Source: Vitrella brassicaformis CCMP3155 (Eukaryota; Protista; Chromerida). Taken from it: a DNA stretch of 64,000 nucleotides. Shown here one piece after another: positions 59,666 to 64,000 of the stretch (within the stretch, counting starts at the first letter, position 1; each line of letters begins with the position of its first letter). The notes under the pieces were generated by a model. It saw only the letters and a program-made list of their open reading frames with translations, was not told the DNA's origin and made no database searches. The stretch lies in contig CDMY01000416.1 in assembly GCA_001179505.1 (NCBI GenBank), positions 18,537 through 82,536 of the forward strand. Direction: 5' to 3'. Position numbers and translations under genes: made by a program.

Positions 59666-61799
59666 CCTGGGTGACAAGGGTGACGCATATCAGTATCAGT
59701 TGGGTGCCGTCGAGGAGCTGGCGATCGATGACAGCCCCCTCTATGACCTCGATCGGATCATCAAAGCACGAGACGAGTGCACGGAGGTCTCGCGCGTCAA
59801 GGCGTACCTACAGGCAAAGCACGATAACACAGACAAAAAGAAGCTCGATGAGCTGCGCGAAGTGATACCGAAGGTGTATTGGTCAAAGCTGGACAGCTTT
59901 TGCTTACTCGATGGGATCGTCAGGGTTTTGTCGAAGCACCAGGAGCATGGACCGCTGCTGTTTGTGCCGTCGTCGCTGCGCACCGAAGCATTGAGGCTGC
60001 ATCACGAGCATTTCTTGGCCGGCCACCTGGCAATCGAACGGGCATACAAACGCATGGCGATAGAATACTACTGGCGTGGCATGTATGATGACTTACGGAA
60101 GCACATAGAGAGGTGTGCCGCGTGCCAAAGCAAACGAAACCTGAGGACGAACAAAAGGCCAACCATACAGATGCCATCAGCGGAAAGACCCTTTCAGAGA
60201 ATTGCAATGGACTTTATTGGTCCCCTGCCGACATCCATGAACGGAAATCAGTATGCGCTGACCATTCAGGATTACTTCACGAAGTGGCCAGAGGTGAAGG
60301 TCTTCACGAACGCACCAACGGCTACAGAGACGGTCTGGGCACTCATGGAAATGGTCGTCACTCGACATGGGCTGCCCGAGGAGATCATTACGGACAATGG
60401 CTCGCACTTTGTCAACAAACTGATGCGCGAAGTGACGGACATGCTGAGAGTCAAACACACAACAACGACACCACGCCATCCGCAGGGCAATGGGATGATC
60501 GAGCGTTTCAACCGTACCTTGAAGGACAGGCTGCGCCCGTACCTGAACAAGCAACAAACCAACTGGGACAAGATGACTCATATGGTCTTGTATGCGTACC
60601 GCACGACGGAACATGAATCCACTGGCTTTACGCCATTCAAGATGCTGTTTGGCCGCGAGGCAGTGCACCCTGGCAGCGCAGCACGGCTCGTCGCAACCAA
60701 CGAGTCGGAAGCCAAAGCGATTGACCCCGGAGATGCCGTTAAGCTGATCAAAGAGGGTCTCCAGACGATCCATGAGGAAGCTCTTAAGACCATGGACAGG
60801 AAGAAACAGCAAGTGGCTGCACGCGAGAGAGATCTGCCTGCAGCAAGGGAATTCAAACCAGGAGACAGAGTGCGCATACACATCGATGATGTGCCTGAGG
60901 GCCTCAACAGGAAGCTCATCTCACCTTGGTGGACGGTAGCGATTGTGGAAGAAAAGACAGGCCCAGTGACATATAAAGTGCGCCCATGCGGCAAAGGCAT
61001 CGCAAAGAACATCAATGTGGATCGGCTGAAAGCAGCCGCATCAGCGTGGGATGATGGCGAACGGGACGAGAGGACGATGGAAGCCCCTGCCACACGGCTG
61101 GGGAGAGATAGACGACAGACGGTCTTCAATCAGGAAGCATTCTTGACCCGCGACGAGGAAGAACTCTTGAAGGAGGTTGCTGTTGGCGAAGACCATGTGC
61201 CGACCAGACGCAGACAAAGCGAACGGACAGCTGCTCGCACGTCGAAAGCACCAGATGCTGCATTTGACCCGATAGCACACGACCCGAGCCTCAAGGATAT
61301 CCAGCCGGACGAAAAATTTGAGCGCGTCGAAAAACACGAAGTGGACGCCGTCGTTGACAAGAGGAATCACCAGGGCAAGGTGCAATACAAGCTGAAATGG
61401 CGTTGGTGGCCGCTCTCGTATGCAACCTGGGAAAACGAAGAGAACCTCACGTGTGATGATCGCGTGCAGGATTACGAGAATCGTGTGTGTGATGTCGACC
61501 TGCGTTACGACGATGCGCTGCTCCCGTCGTTGGATGACATCGTGCGTGTCAGGCAGTGCGCAGACCCAAATCGCGAGCACGTCGTTAAGGTCACGCAGCT
61601 TGATGAGGGCGGCATCAAACTCAAATTCCTCGCCGAACCTACACGCACAAAGAGACTGAAGAAAAAGGGCATCGTTGGGACGACACAACGAGTGACCTTA
61701 AAGAGCTTCCTGAAGTTCTACCAGTGGGAGAGAGAGAGGAATTGGCGTGAGGAGCCGCCGAATGAGAGAAGTGACGTGGAGAAGCGAAACAAACCCTGA
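59622..61799 (+). CDS. Integrase (HHCC, DDE, GPY/F) plus chromodomain plus C-terminal extension
   Basis: HEHFLAGH...CAAC zinc site, IAMDFIGPLP, IITDNGSHF, GNGMIERFNRTLK, TGPVTYKV, and chromodomain HEVDAVVDKRNHQGKVQYKLKWRWWPLSYATWENEENL (61335-61485). Confidence 0.93.
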   Translation, partial: DVDALSRPPGGMSADLGDKGDAYQYQLGAVEELAIDDSPLYDLDRIIKARDECTEVSRVKAYLQAKHDNTDKKKLDELREVIPKVYWSKLDSFCLLDGIVRVLSKHQEHGPLLFVPSSLRTEALRLHHEHFLAGHLAIERAYKRMAIEYYWRGMYDDLRKHIERCAACQSKRNLRTNKRPTIQMPSAERPFQRIAMDFIGPLPTSMNGNQYALTIQDYFTKWPEVKVFTNAPTATETVWALMEMVVTRHGLPEEIITDNGSHFVNKLMREVTDMLRVKHTTTTPRHPQGNGMIERFNRTLKDRLRPYLNKQQTNWDKMTHMVLYAYRTTEHESTGFTPFKMLFGREAVHPGSAARLVATNESEAKAIDPGDAVKLIKEGLQTIHEEALKTMDRKKQQVAARERDLPAAREFKPGDRVRIHIDDVPEGLNRKLISPWWTVAIVEEKTGPVTYKVRPCGKGIAKNINVDRLKAAASAWDDGERDERTMEAPATRLGRDRRQTVFNQEAFLTRDEEELLKEVAVGEDHVPTRRRQSERTAARTSKAPDAAFDPIAHDPSLKDIQPDEKFERVEKHEVDAVVDKRNHQGKVQYKLKWRWWPLSYATWENEENLTCDDRVQDYENRVCDVDLRYDDALLPSLDDIVRVRQCADPNREHVVKVTQLDEGGIKLKFLAEPTRTKRLKKKGIVGTTQRVTLKSFLKFYQWERERNWREEPPNERSDVEKRNKP

Positions 61800-62470
61800 G
61801 GAGCGACAGGCACACGTGTGCAAGTGCGCGTGAGTGCGTGCATTTGTGTCCGATGAACACGACTGACCTGGATGGCGGAAGCGACTGACAGATCCTGGAA
61901 CGCGAAGAGGATGGGATGACAGTGGATGGGATGAACATTACGTACCTGTATTTTGGTCCCTTTGGTTACGACGCTGAATCGCTGGAGATCTCAGCCCAAT
62001 TCAGACATGGCAGAGCGCCACACAAGGCCTGTGTGCAGCGATAGGAGAGAGCCATGGGGAGAGAGCGCGGAAGGAAGCGCCTGTATCATAGCGAAGCGAG
62101 GGAGTGGACGAATTAAGGGAAAGCAGATCTGGTCTGCTTGTACAACAGGAGAGCTGATCTCATCTGCCTGGACATCTACCGACTTTGGATCTGAGCTCGC
62201 AACTTCCGCTCCAGGGGATTGAACTCACTTTCCGCGGCTCAAACGGTGGGTGACAAGGTGAAGCTGTACAGGGAGAAGGGTCTGAAGGCCTTGAAAGGTC
62301 CCCCGTGTCGATAGTAGCCCCTCCGATGAGTCTGACCCCGCTCATCACAAGATTTGTCTCCCGCGAGGCCCAAGGGCCCGACTGTCTGTGCAGTGGCTAT
62401 CTTCGAGCCTGCCGTGACGTGCCGTATCCCCCTGCAATGAAATTAATTGATGCTGCTCGGAGATCAGCAT

Positions 62471-62484
62471 GGAAAGGGAGGGAA
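62471..62484 (+). other. Polypurine tract
   Basis: GGAAAGGGAGGGAA immediately before the 3' LTR TGTTG. Confidence 0.92.
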
Positions 62485-63189
62485 TGTTGCAGGGTGACTC
62501 ACTTCAGTGCATGGACTCACTCGAATCTCCCTGTCAATGATGATGGATGATGATGGATAACGCTTCGCTAGAAAAGGGAGGGAAGGCCCTCCAGCGTCGC
62601 AGCGGCGCAATAGCACGGAACAATAGGAAATGACGTTGAGAATCGGAGTTAGAGTATCGTAAAACAGCGTCGGNNNNNNNNNNNNNNNNNNNNNNNNNNN
62701 NNNNNNNNNNNNNNNNNNNNNNNNNNNNNNNNNNNNNNNNNNNNNNNNNNNNNNNNNNNNNNNNNNNNNNNNNNNNNNNNNNNNNNNNNNNNNNNNNNNN
62801 NNNNNNNNNNNNNNNNNNNNNNNNNNNNNNNNNNNNNNNNNNNNNNNNNNNNNNNNNNNNNNNNNNNNNNNNNNNNNNNNNNNNNNNNNNNNNNNNNNNN
62901 NNNNNNNNNNNNNNNNNNNNNNNNNNNNNNNNNNNNNNNNNNNNNNNNNNNNNNNNNNNNNNNNNNNNNNNNNGTTGTCGTGAGTGAGTGAGTGTGTGTG
63001 TCAGTCGTGTCAGAGCCTGCCGTCATCAGCAGGTGTGGTGCAGTGCGTGTGTGACTACTTGTGACCTCGTGAGACCTTATTCGTGTGCGTGTGCCTGTCG
63101 TTGAATCGTGAGTGTCTCCCATCGAGAAGTGTCCTTAGTAGAGCATCGAGTAAGCGCTATCTCTATAGCGTGAACCCCCCCCCTCAACA
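62485..63189 (+). repeat. 3' LTR (contains N gap 62674-62973)
   Basis: The flanks match the 5' LTR. The 300 N replace 318 bp of the 5' copy. Confidence 0.95.
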
Positions 63190-63232
63190 GTACATATGCG
63201 TACATGTATGTACACGCATGTACGATATGGCC

Positions 63233-63520
63233 CGCCCCAATGTCGGTTCGACAGGCTGTCGGGCCGACATGGGGGCGGGCCACCCATTGCCTCGCTCGGA
63301 TGTCGGCTGGACGGACCATACATAGGTGCAATGACCTACGACCCACTCTCATTTCGTGGCCAGCCTGGCCAGGATCACGGCCGTCTCTCGCGGGAAGCAA
63401 CAGAGCAGGGTTGTCTGTAGTGATGCAGCGATTCACTGAATGAATGAATGAATGAATTGAATCAATTCATTGATTGACTCATTGCTTGACTGACAAGCAC
63501 ACACTCATGTGACTCGACTG
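63233..63520 (-). repeat. Right arm of the palindrome
   Basis: Ends ATGTGACTCGACTG and is the reverse complement of 54040-54325. Confidence 0.9.
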
Positions 63521-64000
63521 TCACTGCAGAATGGCAAGGTGATCCGTTCGTTTCTTGCAGCCGGCCGATCAAATCCCATTGCGAACTGACTATCGTGACA
63601 CTCATGTGAGAATACAAAACAGCAGCAGAGTAACCATACGAGCGCACGCAGAAGTTCGTTTCACTCCGAGAAAAAGTCCGTTTCTAATGAGAGCGAATTC
63701 TAGACCCCGGCGGGACCGGGGGATGCACACGACAGCCCTTCTCCGTTTTTCCTTAGTGCAGAACACGTGCGTGAAATCCATCTAATGAGGGGTATGACGG
63801 GCATGCGCAACTGCACTGCCATGTACGTGTAAACTGCGATTTTGTGAGCAGACTGGGATGGGCGACGTCGAGACACATTTTGGTTGACGGCGTGGTGATG
63901 TCGATGTGGCACCGCATGGCGGTTGGCTTGGTTGCAGTTGAAACGTTTGCAACCGCTCACTTCTTCACGGATAATCAGAAAAGAGATCGTGTTCGCAACG

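Larger units (their letters stand above)
54339..63189 (+). mobile_element. Full-length Ty3/Gypsy chromovirus LTR retrotransposon
   Basis: LTRs start TGTTG and end CAACA. 4-bp TSD GTAC (54335-54338 and 63190-63193). PBS, gag, PR-RT-RH-INT-chromodomain order, and PPT are all present. Confidence 0.97.

Noticed and set aside
61800-62470. Possible env-like or extra ORF after the integrase
   Set aside because: Only short (under 90 aa) ORFs with no TM or recognisable motif.

Overview
Intron-rich, GC-rich eukaryotic scaffold with eight 300-N placeholder gaps. It is most likely the chromerid alveolate Vitrella brassicaformis; this is inferred from an ApiAP2 gene, short (ACAG)n/(CA)n-rich introns and a recalled lineage-expanded ankyrin family. 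Hand-spliced genes: V-ATPase subunit F, an APH-like kinase, a UBE2T-like E2 with a 6-nt microexon, a two-domain ApiAP2 factor, LETM1, a small secreted Cys-rich protein, a coiled-coil protein, an F-box-like lineage-family gene, an SRPK-derived pseudokinase, and a 6.7-kb gene for a secreted Apple-Apple-malectin-Ig-PKD-PA14-IPT-propeller-IPT protein. Repeats: two decayed ankyrin-family copies, a 4.5-kb hairpin-bearing tandem array and three inverted duplications. The last 10 kb hold a young, full-length Ty3/Gypsy chromovirus (54339-63189, TG..CA, GTAC TSD, PBS, PPT). It has an in-phase G GGA AAC slippery site followed by a predicted H-type pseudoknot and an extra domain after the chromodomain, and it sits at the centre of a long palindrome. 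No tRNA, rRNA or CRISPR was found. All exon models and domain names come from manual reading, not database searches.
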